Counted from the first letter of the stretch, positions 9,175 to 18,078 are shown. The stretch is DNA of 64,000 nt from an uncultured Tissierellaceae bacterium (GCA_964519585.1 CAZFIO010000001.1:234-64233); one strand, 5' to 3'. The notes: a model not told the origin generated them from the letters alone. A program made the numbers and translations.

Positions 9175-9874
9175 TAATAGGGGGGGTGTTTTTATCAGAT
9201 GTTCTTGTTTTAAAAATGGAGGAAGAAACTGTATAGAATTAGTACCTATTTTTAGCAATCTTAGTCATGAAGAAATGCTTGAGATTGCTTCTATCACTAT
9301 AGATAAGACCTATGAAAAAGGCCAAATGATATATATGGCAGGAGACAGTAAAAGGAAGCTTTATGTAATTCACAAAGGCAAGGTGAAAATTAGCCGGATT
9401 ACTGAATCAGGCAAGGAACAGGTCATAAGGATTCTAGGACCTGGTGAGTTTATGGGAGAATTATCCCTTTTTTCCACAAAAGATTTGAAGGACAATGGGG
9501 AAGCCCTTGAAAAAACCACCATGTGCATCATAGATGGGGAAGCCTTGAAGAATTTAATGATTAAGTATCCTACCATAGGATTTAAGGTTATGGAGGAACT
9601 GAGTCAAAGACTAGAGAGGACTGAGACCTTAATAGAAAATATCAGTCTTTATTCTGTAGAAAAGAGGCTAGCCCAAACCCTCCTCAACATGTCAAATGCA
9701 AGGGGTGAAGTGGTTCTAAAAATGAGCAAAAGGGATCTAGCTTCCCATATAGGAATGAGCCAAGAAACCTTAAGCCGTAAGTTGTCAGCCTTTCAAGAAT
9801 TGGGCATAATAAGACTTATAGGACATAGAAGGGTGATAATAGAAAACAAATCAGCCCTAGAAGAAATAGAGTAA
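9164..9874 (+). CDS. Crp/Fnr-family transcriptional regulator with an FNR-like N-terminal Cys cluster
   Basis: cNMP-binding-type beta-barrel (GPGEFMGELSLF) and a C-terminal HTH (RDLASHIGMSQETLSRKL). Cys13, Cys15, Cys23 and Cys121 parallel E. coli FNR C20/C23/C29/C122. The start codon is uncertain: TTG 9164 lies inside the repeat and has no SD. Confidence 0.8.
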   Translation: MTIVNRGGVFIRCSCFKNGGRNCIELVPIFSNLSHEEMLEIASITIDKTYEKGQMIYMAGDSKRKLYVIHKGKVKISRITESGKEQVIRILGPGEFMGELSLFSTKDLKDNGEALEKTTMCIIDGEALKNLMIKYPTIGFKVMEELSQRLERTETLIENISLYSVEKRLAQTLLNMSNARGEVVLKMSKRDLASHIGMSQETLSRKLSAFQELGIIRLIGHRRVIIENKSALEEIE

Positions 9875-9887
9875 AGGAGTTTAATAT

Positions 9888-10454
9888 ATGGAATCAATTA
9901 AAATCATGGTGGAAGAGCATGAAATAATTAAAAGAATGTTGAAGGTTTTAAGAAAGGTGTCTTATGAGCTTATGGTTTTGGGTGACTATGATCTTGATGA
10001 CTACCCTATTGTAATAGATTTTATCCGGGTGTATGCAGACAAACACCACCATGGCAAGGAGGAGGATATACTCTTTGATACTATGAATAAGGAAATAGAG
10101 AGACTTGCTAAGTCTGGAGCTATAACAGGTATGTATATAGAGCATGATTTAGGGAGACTATATATGAAGAATTTAGAACTAGGTCTGGAGGACTTTAAGG
10201 CAGGCAATGATGAATCAAGACTAGACATAATTGCCAATAGTATAGCCTATACAGACCTACTGGAGAGACATATAGACAAGGAGAATTCTGTCATGTATAA
10301 GTTTGCAGAAAACATGCTTAACCAAGAGGCGAAAAACTTTATAGAAGACAAGTGTAAAGATATTGAAGATAAGGCAACTAAGGAAGGTCTACAGGAAAAG
10401 TATATTTTTATACTAGAAAATTTAGAGAACAAATACCTTCAGGCAGGGGAGTAA
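9888..10454 (+). CDS. Hemerythrin-like (HHE cation-binding) domain protein
   Basis: SD AAGGAG. The gene starts 13 nt after the regulator gene. His/Glu/Asp ligand pattern: ADKHHHGKEEDILF, IEHD, RHIDKEN. Confidence 0.6.
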   Translation: MESIKIMVEEHEIIKRMLKVLRKVSYELMVLGDYDLDDYPIVIDFIRVYADKHHHGKEEDILFDTMNKEIERLAKSGAITGMYIEHDLGRLYMKNLELGLEDFKAGNDESRLDIIANSIAYTDLLERHIDKENSVMYKFAENMLNQEAKNFIEDKCKDIEDKATKEGLQEKYIFILENLENKYLQAGE

Positions 10455-10558
10455 ATATTAAATAATCTTAGTAAGATACAAATTTATCCATACCTTGCAG
10501 GAATGAACAAATTTTGGGTATATATAAAAATATATAAATTAAAATAGGAGGGATTTAC

Positions 10559-11746
10559 ATGGGTTTTAAATTAACAGATAGGGTTACATGGGTAGGAAAG
10601 ATAGACTGGGAATTAAGAAGGTTCCATGGTGATGAATACTCTACTGATAGGGGCTCCTCATATAACTCTTACTTAATCAGGGATGAAAAGACAGTACTTA
10701 TTGATACAGTTTGGGAGCCTTTTGCTAAGGAATGGGTAGAAAAGTTAAAAAGAGAAATCGACCTAAATGAAATTGACTATATAATTGCACAGCACTCAGA
10801 GATTGACCATAGTGGGGCCTTGCCACTACTAATGAAGGAAATACCAAATACCCCAATTTATTGTACAGCCAATGGAGCAAAAATATTAAAAGGTCACTTC
10901 CATGAGGACTGGAACTTTGTAGAGGTAAAAACAGGTGACACCTTAAACATAGGTGAATCCACACTTACCTTTGTTGAAGCAAGAATGTTACACTGGCCAG
11001 ATAGTATGATGACCTATATGGACTCAGATGCTATTTTATTTTCTAATGATGCTTTTGGACAACACTATGCATCAGAAGCTATGTACAATGATTTAGTAGA
11101 CCAATGTGAATTATTTGAAGAAGCAATAAAGTACTATGCAAATATTTTAACTCCATTTTCTGCCCTGGTAACAAATAAGATTAAGGAAGTTCTAAGCTTC
11201 AATCTACCGCTTAATATGATAGCTACAAGCCATGGTATAATTTGGAGGGATAACCCTGCTCAAATAGTTGAAAAGTATCTTGAATGGGCAGATGCCTACC
11301 AAGAAAATCAAATCACTATAGTATATGACACTATGTGGCATGCAACTAGAAGAATGGCAGAAGCTATAGCAGAAGGAATCAAATCTGTGGATGGAGATAT
11401 AGTTGTAAAACTCTACAATGCTGCAAACACGGATAAAAATGATATAATCACAGAATTGTTTAGGGCAAAAGGAATCCTCTTTGGTTCATCAACAGTAAAC
11501 AAGGGAATAATGAATGCTACTGGTGGACTTCTAGAAATGATTAAGGGAATAGGCTTTAAGAACAAGAAGGCAGCAGGCTTTGGTTCTTATGGTTGGTCTG
11601 GAGAGTCAGTAGACATACTAGAAGGTAAGCTAAAGGATGCTAAACTGGATGTAATGGAGGGTGGGCCAAAAGCCCTTTGGAACCCAGACAAGGAAGCAAT
11701 TGAAAAATGTATAGAATTCGGTAAGGAATTTGCCAAGCAGTTCTAA
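10559..11746 (+). CDS. Flavodiiron protein (FprA-type A-type flavoprotein, O2/NO reductase)
   Basis: Metallo-beta-lactamase-like diiron motif HSEIDHSG followed by a C-terminal flavodoxin-like domain (ITIVYDTMWHATRRMAEAIAEG...GSSTVN). 395 aa. Confidence 0.85.
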   Translation: MGFKLTDRVTWVGKIDWELRRFHGDEYSTDRGSSYNSYLIRDEKTVLIDTVWEPFAKEWVEKLKREIDLNEIDYIIAQHSEIDHSGALPLLMKEIPNTPIYCTANGAKILKGHFHEDWNFVEVKTGDTLNIGESTLTFVEARMLHWPDSMMTYMDSDAILFSNDAFGQHYASEAMYNDLVDQCELFEEAIKYYANILTPFSALVTNKIKEVLSFNLPLNMIATSHGIIWRDNPAQIVEKYLEWADAYQENQITIVYDTMWHATRRMAEAIAEGIKSVDGDIVVKLYNAANTDKNDIITELFRAKGILFGSSTVNKGIMNATGGLLEMIKGIGFKNKKAAGFGSYGWSGESVDILEGKLKDAKLDVMEGGPKALWNPDKEAIEKCIEFGKEFAKQF

Positions 11747-11751
11747 AAGAT

Positions 11752-11782
11752 GGGATAGAGAAATCTATCCCTTTTATTTTTT
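11752..11782 (+). terminator. Rho-independent terminator
   Basis: GGGATAG-agaaat-CTATCCC followed by TTTTATTTTTT, 6 nt after the stop codon. Confidence 0.8.
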
Positions 11783-11830
11783 CCATTTTTGTTCTATACT
11801 TAAGCTAAGGAGTAGAAAAGTGGTGATTAT

Positions 11831-12349
11831 ATGGTTGATGAAAAAGTTCTTATGAAAATATTAAATTCAAGAGAGGAAAGGGCTAGAAAACAAAAAGAAC
11901 TACTAGATACTTACAATAGTACTCTTATCTCCTTTACTCTTAATATCCCAGGCAGGGAAAAGGATAATGATTTATATAGGAAAATTCATAAAAAAGGTTT
12001 CCAGGAGATTATTAAGGAAGTAAGCAAAAGGGATATAGAACTTGTTTATAAGGAGGAAATTGATAAATCTACTGGCAGGGAGGCCTATATACTTGTAGAT
12101 ATGGAACCCTTAAAGCTAAAAGATATCACAATAAATATAGAGGAATCCCATCCCCTGGGCCGGATTTTTGATATAGATGTATTTGATAGGCAGGGAAAAC
12201 AAATATCAAGATCAGATCTAAAGGCTGAACCTAGAAAATGCTTGCTTTGCAACAAGGAGGTAAGGCTCTGCATGAGGGAAAAGAATCACTCTTATGAGGA
12301 ATTGATATTGGCCATAAGGGAACTTGGACAAAAACATTTAAAAAGATAA
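11831..12349 (+). CDS. citX: Citrate lyase holo-ACP synthase (apo-citrate lyase phosphoribosyl-dephospho-CoA transferase) CitX-like
   Basis: About 172 aa with an N-terminal LNSREERARKQKELL...LISFTLNIPG pattern typical of CitX. Sits next to citG. Confidence 0.6.
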   Translation: MVDEKVLMKILNSREERARKQKELLDTYNSTLISFTLNIPGREKDNDLYRKIHKKGFQEIIKEVSKRDIELVYKEEIDKSTGREAYILVDMEPLKLKDITINIEESHPLGRIFDIDVFDRQGKQISRSDLKAEPRKCLLCNKEVRLCMREKNHSYEELILAIRELGQKHLKR

Positions 12350-12399
12350 AGAAAGGATACTAGGGTCAGGGGAACCCTTCCCCAAAGGGAGCACATGTC

Positions 12400-13320
12400 T
12401 TGGTCAAAATACCTAGTAAATATGATATGAATAAGAAAAACTTTTGCAATTATATAAGCAGTCTTTGTATTAAATCAATTTTATATGAATTGGCAGCTAG
12501 CCCAAAGCCTGGTCTTGTAGATAGGTATAACCCTGGTGCCCATGATGATATGGATGTATTTACCTTTTTGGGAAGTGCATCGGTTTTACCTCCCTATTTT
12601 CAAGAATGCACAAGAGCAGGTCTAGACTTCCAAGGAGATGATTATAGGAAATTGATGGAGGGACTTAGACCCATAGGTATAGAAGCTGAAAACCTTATGT
12701 TTCAGGCTACCTCAGGTATCAACACCCATAAGGGAGCCATATTCTCCCTAGGGATTATTGCTAGTGCTGTAGGCAGTCTTTATGGGAAGAATCATGACTC
12801 TTATTTCAAAACAGATAAGATTATAAAAAGGGTCAAAGAAATGACTGAAGGAATAAGCAAAGAATTAAAAAATATAGATAATAATAAAGACCTAACCTAT
12901 GGTGAAAGTCTTTACCTTAAATATGGGGTTAAGGGGATTAGGGGTGAGGTAGAATCAGGGTTTGAAACGGTCATAAATCATTCCTTACCAGTTTTAAAGG
13001 ATCTGATTAAGGCAGATGAATATTCAATTAATGATATTTTACTTCATACTCTCCTTCACCTGATAGCCCACACAGAAGATTCAAATATACTAGGCAGGCA
13101 TAATATGGGGGTCTTAAACTATAGTCAAGCTAGGGCCAAGAAGGCTCTAGACCTGGGGGGATATTTGACTGAAGAAGGGAAAAAAGAAGTAGGGCAAATG
13201 GATAGGGATTTTATTGAGAATAATATAAGTCCTGGAGGAGCAGCAGACCTACTTGGGGTGACTATATTTTTGTTTTATTTAGAAAATGGAAAAAGAGTCT
13301 GTAGAGCTGTTTTGAAGTAA
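12400..13320 (+). CDS. citG: Triphosphoribosyl-dephospho-CoA synthase CitG/MdcB family
   Basis: ELAASPKPGLVDR, GINTHKGAIFSLG, SNILGRH and SPGGAADLL blocks. TTG start 8 nt after GGGAG. An alternative ATG lies 9 codons downstream. Confidence 0.8.
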   Translation: MVKIPSKYDMNKKNFCNYISSLCIKSILYELAASPKPGLVDRYNPGAHDDMDVFTFLGSASVLPPYFQECTRAGLDFQGDDYRKLMEGLRPIGIEAENLMFQATSGINTHKGAIFSLGIIASAVGSLYGKNHDSYFKTDKIIKRVKEMTEGISKELKNIDNNKDLTYGESLYLKYGVKGIRGEVESGFETVINHSLPVLKDLIKADEYSINDILLHTLLHLIAHTEDSNILGRHNMGVLNYSQARAKKALDLGGYLTEEGKKEVGQMDRDFIENNISPGGAADLLGVTIFLFYLENGKRVCRAVLK

Positions 13321-13374
13321 TTGCCAAATTGTATTAATATGATGGTAGAAGGATAATTAAAGGAGGATTTATTC

Positions 13375-14163
13375 ATGTTTGATAATAGGCCTATAGGAGT
13401 TTTGGATTCTGGGGTAGGTGGACTAACTGTAGCAAAGGAGTTACAAAATTTATTGGAAAATGAAAGCATATACTATTTTGGAGACAATGCAAATGTACCC
13501 TATGGAAATAAGTCTGAGGAAGAAATATACCAGCTAACAAAAAGAATGGTAGATTTCCTTATAGAAAAGGATGTAAAATTGATTCTTGTAGCTTGTAACA
13601 CCATATCCACTATATTAGACAAGTATTTTTCTGACTACCCTCTACCAATCATAAGCATTATTAAGCCTGCAGCTGACTATGTAATAAGCGAAAATATTAA
13701 GGAGGTTGGGGTTATAGCAACTAAATTTACCATAGAAAGTGGAGCCCATGAAAAACTTATAAAAAGGGCCAATAAGAATGTGAAAGTGGTAAATGAGGGT
13801 AGCCCAAATCTAGCTAGCTTAATTGATAGTGGCGACTATACTAGTGAGGAGGTCCAGGCCTTAGTAGACCTACATATGAACAATATCATGGAAAAAGGAA
13901 GTCCTAAAGATATAATTTTGGGTTGTACCCATTATCCCATTGCAATAAAGGAATTTCAAAGAAAGTCACCTGAAACTAACTTCATAAACCCCGCCTATGA
14001 ACAAGTGAAATATGCTGAAGAACTTATGCTAGTAAACAATTCAAGGGCAGAAGAAGGAAAAAAAGCTACATTTAAGATATTTACCACAGGAAAAAAAGAG
14101 GTTTATAAGAAAATGATAGATTTATTAGGCATGAAAAAACCAGAAGAAATAAATATCCTATAG
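13375..14163 (+). CDS. murI: Glutamate racemase
   Basis: IGVLDSGVGGLTV, both catalytic Cys motifs (VACNT and GCTHYP), SD AAAGGAGG. Confidence 0.92.
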   Translation: MFDNRPIGVLDSGVGGLTVAKELQNLLENESIYYFGDNANVPYGNKSEEEIYQLTKRMVDFLIEKDVKLILVACNTISTILDKYFSDYPLPIISIIKPAADYVISENIKEVGVIATKFTIESGAHEKLIKRANKNVKVVNEGSPNLASLIDSGDYTSEEVQALVDLHMNNIMEKGSPKDIILGCTHYPIAIKEFQRKSPETNFINPAYEQVKYAEELMLVNNSRAEEGKKATFKIFTTGKKEVYKKMIDLLGMKKPEEINIL

Positions 14164-14211
14164 TTATCTTGTTATACATTATGAAATATTACGAAAAACA
14201 GGGGTGATGGT

Positions 14212-15555
14212 GTGCTGGGGCTTGGATTTATCTTGTCATTTATTATTCTCTTATATGGGGTTTTTAAGGGTGTCTTTATTGGCTACTGCTTATTAGGCTC
14301 TTATTTGATATTCTTCCTTATAGCCTTAAAAATGGGTTATAGTCTTAAACATATTTTGAAATATTCTTGGACAAGTGGAAAAAAGGCCTTTGTTGTACTA
14401 ACTATATTTGGCCTTATAGGCCTAGTTACTGCTTCATGGTTTTCTGCAGGAACTATCCCAGCAATAGTTTACTATAGTATGCAGGTTATGATTCCTAAGT
14501 ACTTTGTAGTATTTGCATTTTTATCATCCTGCCTTGTATCCTATATGCTTGGGACTGCTCTTGGCACGGCTTCTACCATAGGTATAGTATTGATAATTAT
14601 GGCCAGAACCAGTGATATAAATATAAATCTAATAGGAGGGGCAATTTTGGCAGGGTGTTTTTTTGGTGACCGGACATCACCCATGTCATCTTCAGCAAAC
14701 TTAGTTGCAAACCTAACTGGTGTGGACCTATATCCTATGCTTAAAAAGTTTGTAAAGACTAATTTAATCCCCTTTCTTGTAAGTGTAATAATTTATTTAG
14801 GCTTTTCATTTTTCAATCCATTAAATGTTAGTGACAGTCTGGTTATAGACCAGTTAAAAGAAAATTACATAATTAATTTTATTATACTGATACCTGCACT
14901 GGCCATGCTGATTTTAAGTATCTTCCAATTAAATGTGAAGAAATCTATGGTGGTAAGTATAGTGCTAGGCTCTTTAATCGGGGTATTTGTTCAGGGAGTA
15001 AGCTTAGCAGATTTACTTAAGACCCTTGTGCTAGGTTATCAATTAGGCCCAGATAATCCTTTAGCAGAAATAATCAAGGGTGGAGGGCTATTATCCATGG
15101 CAAAACCAGGCTTTACAATTTTCGTATCTTGCTCCATGGCAGGAATCCTGGAGGGCATGAATGTATTTTCTATGATAAATAAGTATTTTAAAAATATTAA
15201 AACCAGAAGCCAGGCTCTATTTACAACGGGGCTTGTATCTGTAATGACTGGTGCCTTTGGAGGCAACCAATCTATAGCTGTGGTTATGACCAGTGAAATA
15301 ATGAAGGAACTTTATGAAAAGGAAAATATAGGCAGCTATGAATTAGCCACGGACATAGGCAATACTGCTATACTCTTTGCAGCTATGATTCCCTGGAATA
15401 TAGCAAATTTAGTACCTGCTACCACCTTAAGTGTAGATCCCCTAAGGATTGTCCCCTATGCTTTTTACCTATATATAGTATTTATAGTTAACTATTTTTA
15501 CTTAAAATATAGGGATGTAAGTATAAGGTCCTCTGACAACTTACAAGAGAGTTAA
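14212..15555 (+). CDS. NhaC-family (Na+/H+ antiporter-like) membrane transporter
   Basis: About 11-12 predicted TM segments. FFGDRTSPMSSSANL resembles the conserved GDxxSPxSDT loop of the NhaC family. GTG start. Confidence 0.55.
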   Translation: MLGLGFILSFIILLYGVFKGVFIGYCLLGSYLIFFLIALKMGYSLKHILKYSWTSGKKAFVVLTIFGLIGLVTASWFSAGTIPAIVYYSMQVMIPKYFVVFAFLSSCLVSYMLGTALGTASTIGIVLIIMARTSDININLIGGAILAGCFFGDRTSPMSSSANLVANLTGVDLYPMLKKFVKTNLIPFLVSVIIYLGFSFFNPLNVSDSLVIDQLKENYIINFIILIPALAMLILSIFQLNVKKSMVVSIVLGSLIGVFVQGVSLADLLKTLVLGYQLGPDNPLAEIIKGGGLLSMAKPGFTIFVSCSMAGILEGMNVFSMINKYFKNIKTRSQALFTTGLVSVMTGAFGGNQSIAVVMTSEIMKELYEKENIGSYELATDIGNTAILFAAMIPWNIANLVPATTLSVDPLRIVPYAFYLYIVFIVNYFYLKYRDVSIRSSDNLQES

Positions 15556-15685
15556 GACACAAGAAAGATTAGATAAATATTTTTCTAAAATCAAGAAGAT
15601 ATAGGATTAACTATTTTCTTTTTTCTTTTAAATTTGCTTATATTGGGTATAACTATATTGTTGAAAAAATATATGGAGGGATAAT

Positions 15686-16900
15686 ATGTCTGAATTAATT
15701 AATAATAGAGAATATAGGCAGGAACAGCTTAAGGAAGTCATAAGAGAGTTGCATGAAGGGAAAACTGTAGAGGAAGTAAAGGAAAAGTTTGCAGCAGTTA
15801 TAGAAGGGGTTTCTCCAAAAGAAATTGGGGAGATGGAAGTCCAATTGGTTAAGGAAGGTTTACCTATTGAAGAGATACAATATCTATGCGATGTGCATGC
15901 AGCTGTATTTAAGGGGACCTTGGAAGAAATCCACCATCCAGAGCAGGTGCCAGGTCATCCAATATATACTATGAAGCAGGAAAATGAGGCCATCACTGAT
16001 TTAATTGATAATACAATCTTGCCTCATGTGGAAGAGTTTAAAAACGATGACTCAAGGGACAATATTGACAGTCTTATAGAAGACTTTAACAAGCTGTGGG
16101 AAATTGATAAACACTACAGCAGGAAAGAAAACCTAATATTTCCCTATCTAGAGAAATATGGGGTAACTGCACCACCTAAGGTAATGTGGGGAGTTCATGA
16201 TGAAATAAGGGGCAAAATCAAGGGAATACTTCTAGACTTGGATAAGTATACTGGCAAAAGGGATGAACTGGTAGAAAAAATGGAGGATGCCCTAAACCAA
16301 ACAAAGGAAATGGTCTTTAAGGAGGAAAACATCCTATTTCCCATGAGTCTAGATACCCTAATAGAAGATGAATGGATAACCATCTATAAAGAATCTGAGG
16401 AAATTGGGTTTGCCTTTATTGTGCCAGAAAAAGACTGGAAACTAAAAAGGGTTGACCTAGAGCAAGAAGAGGAGGACAAGGGCCTTCTAGAAGGTGGATA
16501 TGTAAAGTTTGATACAGGAGTATTGAATTCTGAAGAGATAGCTGCAATTATGGAGATTTTGCCAGGAGAACTATCTTTTGTAGATAAAAATGACAATGTA
16601 AAATTCTTTACCAAGGGGGAGCACAGGATTTTTGCTAGAACCAAGGCGGTAATAGGTCGTTCAGTAGAAAACTGCCATCCCCATACGTCAGTCCATAAGG
16701 TTAAGCAAATCTTGGAAGATTTCAAATCTGGTAAGAAGGATAATGAAGACTTCTGGATCCAGCTGGGAGAAATGTTTGTATTAATCCGTTTCTTTGCAGT
16801 AAGAAATAAGGATGGAGAATATCTAGGCACCCTAGAATATGTTCAAAATATTGCACCTATCCAAGAATTGACAGGTGAAAAAAGATTATTAAGTGAATAA
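15686..16900 (+). CDS. DUF438 / hemerythrin / PAS-domain protein
   Basis: N-terminal LHEGKTVEEVKEKFAAVIEGVSPKEIGEMEVQLV...YLCDVHAAVF (DUF438 pattern), a central His-rich hemerythrin-like part, and a C-terminal PAS-like FVDKNDNVKFF...GRSVENCHP...FFAVRNKDGEYLGTLEYVQ. Confidence 0.7.
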   Translation: MSELINNREYRQEQLKEVIRELHEGKTVEEVKEKFAAVIEGVSPKEIGEMEVQLVKEGLPIEEIQYLCDVHAAVFKGTLEEIHHPEQVPGHPIYTMKQENEAITDLIDNTILPHVEEFKNDDSRDNIDSLIEDFNKLWEIDKHYSRKENLIFPYLEKYGVTAPPKVMWGVHDEIRGKIKGILLDLDKYTGKRDELVEKMEDALNQTKEMVFKEENILFPMSLDTLIEDEWITIYKESEEIGFAFIVPEKDWKLKRVDLEQEEEDKGLLEGGYVKFDTGVLNSEEIAAIMEILPGELSFVDKNDNVKFFTKGEHRIFARTKAVIGRSVENCHPHTSVHKVKQILEDFKSGKKDNEDFWIQLGEMFVLIRFFAVRNKDGEYLGTLEYVQNIAPIQELTGEKRLLSE

Positions 16901-17019
16901 AGCATTAGTAAGTTTTCCTTAGAAGGTAATTAAATAGACTGAATAGTTTTTTAATTGTATTTCATCACTTATTGTAGTATTATTAAACCATGGTAACTAT
17001 TTATATCAAATAAATAGGG

Positions 17020-18042
17020 GTGATAGAAATGAGAAAGGAAAGAAAAAGGGAACATGTTGAAAATCACTTAAAGACAAGCTATGAGGGAGACACTTTATTT
17101 GGTGATGTATATTTGGAACACAATGCCTTGCCAGAATTAAATATTGGTGATATAGATACAAGAATAGATTTTCTAGGAAAAAAGGCCAATTACCCAATAA
17201 TTATAAATGCTATGACAGGTGGTACAGAGTTTGCTGGAGAGATAAACAGGGAGCTATCCCTACTAGCCAAGGAGTTTAATATACCCATGGCCGTAGGTTC
17301 TGAAACCATAATTGTATGTGAGGATGAGGGTTGCAAGGATTCCTTTAGGGTAGTAAGAAGAAACATGGGGCCTGAAGCTATAGTTTTGGCAAACCTGAGT
17401 GGTTTTGCTAGTCTAGATGATGCGAAAATTGCCATGGAGACCATTGAAGCGGATGCCCTACAAATACACTTGAATCCAGCCCAGGAACTAGCTATGGATG
17501 AGGGTGATAGGGACTTTAAGGGAATAATCAATAATATTGAAAAGATTATCCAGGCTACGGACAAGCCAGTTATAGTCAAGGAAGTAGGCTTTGGTATATC
17601 CAAGGATGTGGCAAGAAGGCTCTATGATATAGGAGTAAGATGTATAGACATATCAGGCCATGGGGGAACCAACTTTATAGAGATAGAAAATCTTAGGAAT
17701 TTAAATACTGATTTAACGGAACTGTATTCCTGGGGGATACCCTCAGCCCTAGCTATTATTAGGTCTAGGGAGCTACCCAGTGATTTAAAAATCATAGGCA
17801 GTGGTGGGATTAGAAATAGTTTGGACATAGCCAAGGCTCTAGTTTTGGGAGCAGAAATAGCAGGAATCAGTGGAGAACTTCTAAGATATCTAGTCCATGG
17901 TGGCTACGGACATGCAAAGACTTACCTAGAAGCCCTAACCTATAAGCTGAAGGTAATCATGCTACTAATGGGTAAGAAAAATATAGAAGAACTAAGAAAT
18001 GCAGACTATAGGCTAACAGGAAGATTAAAAGAATTACTGTAA
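17020..18042 (+). CDS. fni: Type 2 isopentenyl-diphosphate delta-isomerase (FMN-dependent)
   Basis: INAMTGG, VKEVGFG, SGHGGTNF and GSGGIRNSLD motifs. The GTG start is taken from the track. An in-frame ATG at 17029 is an alternative. Confidence 0.88.
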   Translation: MIEMRKERKREHVENHLKTSYEGDTLFGDVYLEHNALPELNIGDIDTRIDFLGKKANYPIIINAMTGGTEFAGEINRELSLLAKEFNIPMAVGSETIIVCEDEGCKDSFRVVRRNMGPEAIVLANLSGFASLDDAKIAMETIEADALQIHLNPAQELAMDEGDRDFKGIINNIEKIIQATDKPVIVKEVGFGISKDVARRLYDIGVRCIDISGHGGTNFIEIENLRNLNTDLTELYSWGIPSALAIIRSRELPSDLKIIGSGGIRNSLDIAKALVLGAEIAGISGELLRYLVHGGYGHAKTYLEALTYKLKVIMLLMGKKNIEELRNADYRLTGRLKELL

Positions 18043-18048
18043 ATTTTT

Positions 18049-18078
18049 AGGTGTTGGACAAGGGTCCAACACCTTTTG
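18049..18078 (+). terminator. Rho-independent terminator
   Basis: AGGTGTTGGAC-aagg-GTCCAACACCT followed by TTTT. Confidence 0.8.

Larger units (their letters stand above)
8840..9188. repeat. Intergenic repeat family, longest copy B (blocks b1-b7)
   Basis: Blocks: CTAGGGGCTAGCTTTGCTGGCCC (8840-8862), AACGATAGCATAGC (9006-9019), CTTGTAGGGAAG (9079-9090), AAGACCCAGAAGCTAGAC (9096-9113), CAATTGCTTGACTATCG (9124-9140), then TTGAC iterons plus a G-run. All have homologs at 1007-1074 and 30586-30922. Confidence 0.7.

Noticed and set aside
11831-13320. citX-citG as an orphan pair lacking citrate lyase structural genes (citDEF).
   Set aside because: The structural genes could lie outside this 32-kb arm. 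Their absence cannot be judged from one window.
16384-16830. Long antisense ORFs inside annotated genes. Examples: 16384..16830 (148 aa), 17190..17603 (137 aa), 21647..22027 (126 aa), 7652..7984 (110 aa), 27230..27547 (105 aa), and their mirror copies.
   Set aside because: They are Ser/Leu/Ile-rich and low in complexity, have no SD, and each lies fully inside a gene with strong family motifs on the opposite strand. Such ORFs are typical by-products of AT-rich coding DNA.
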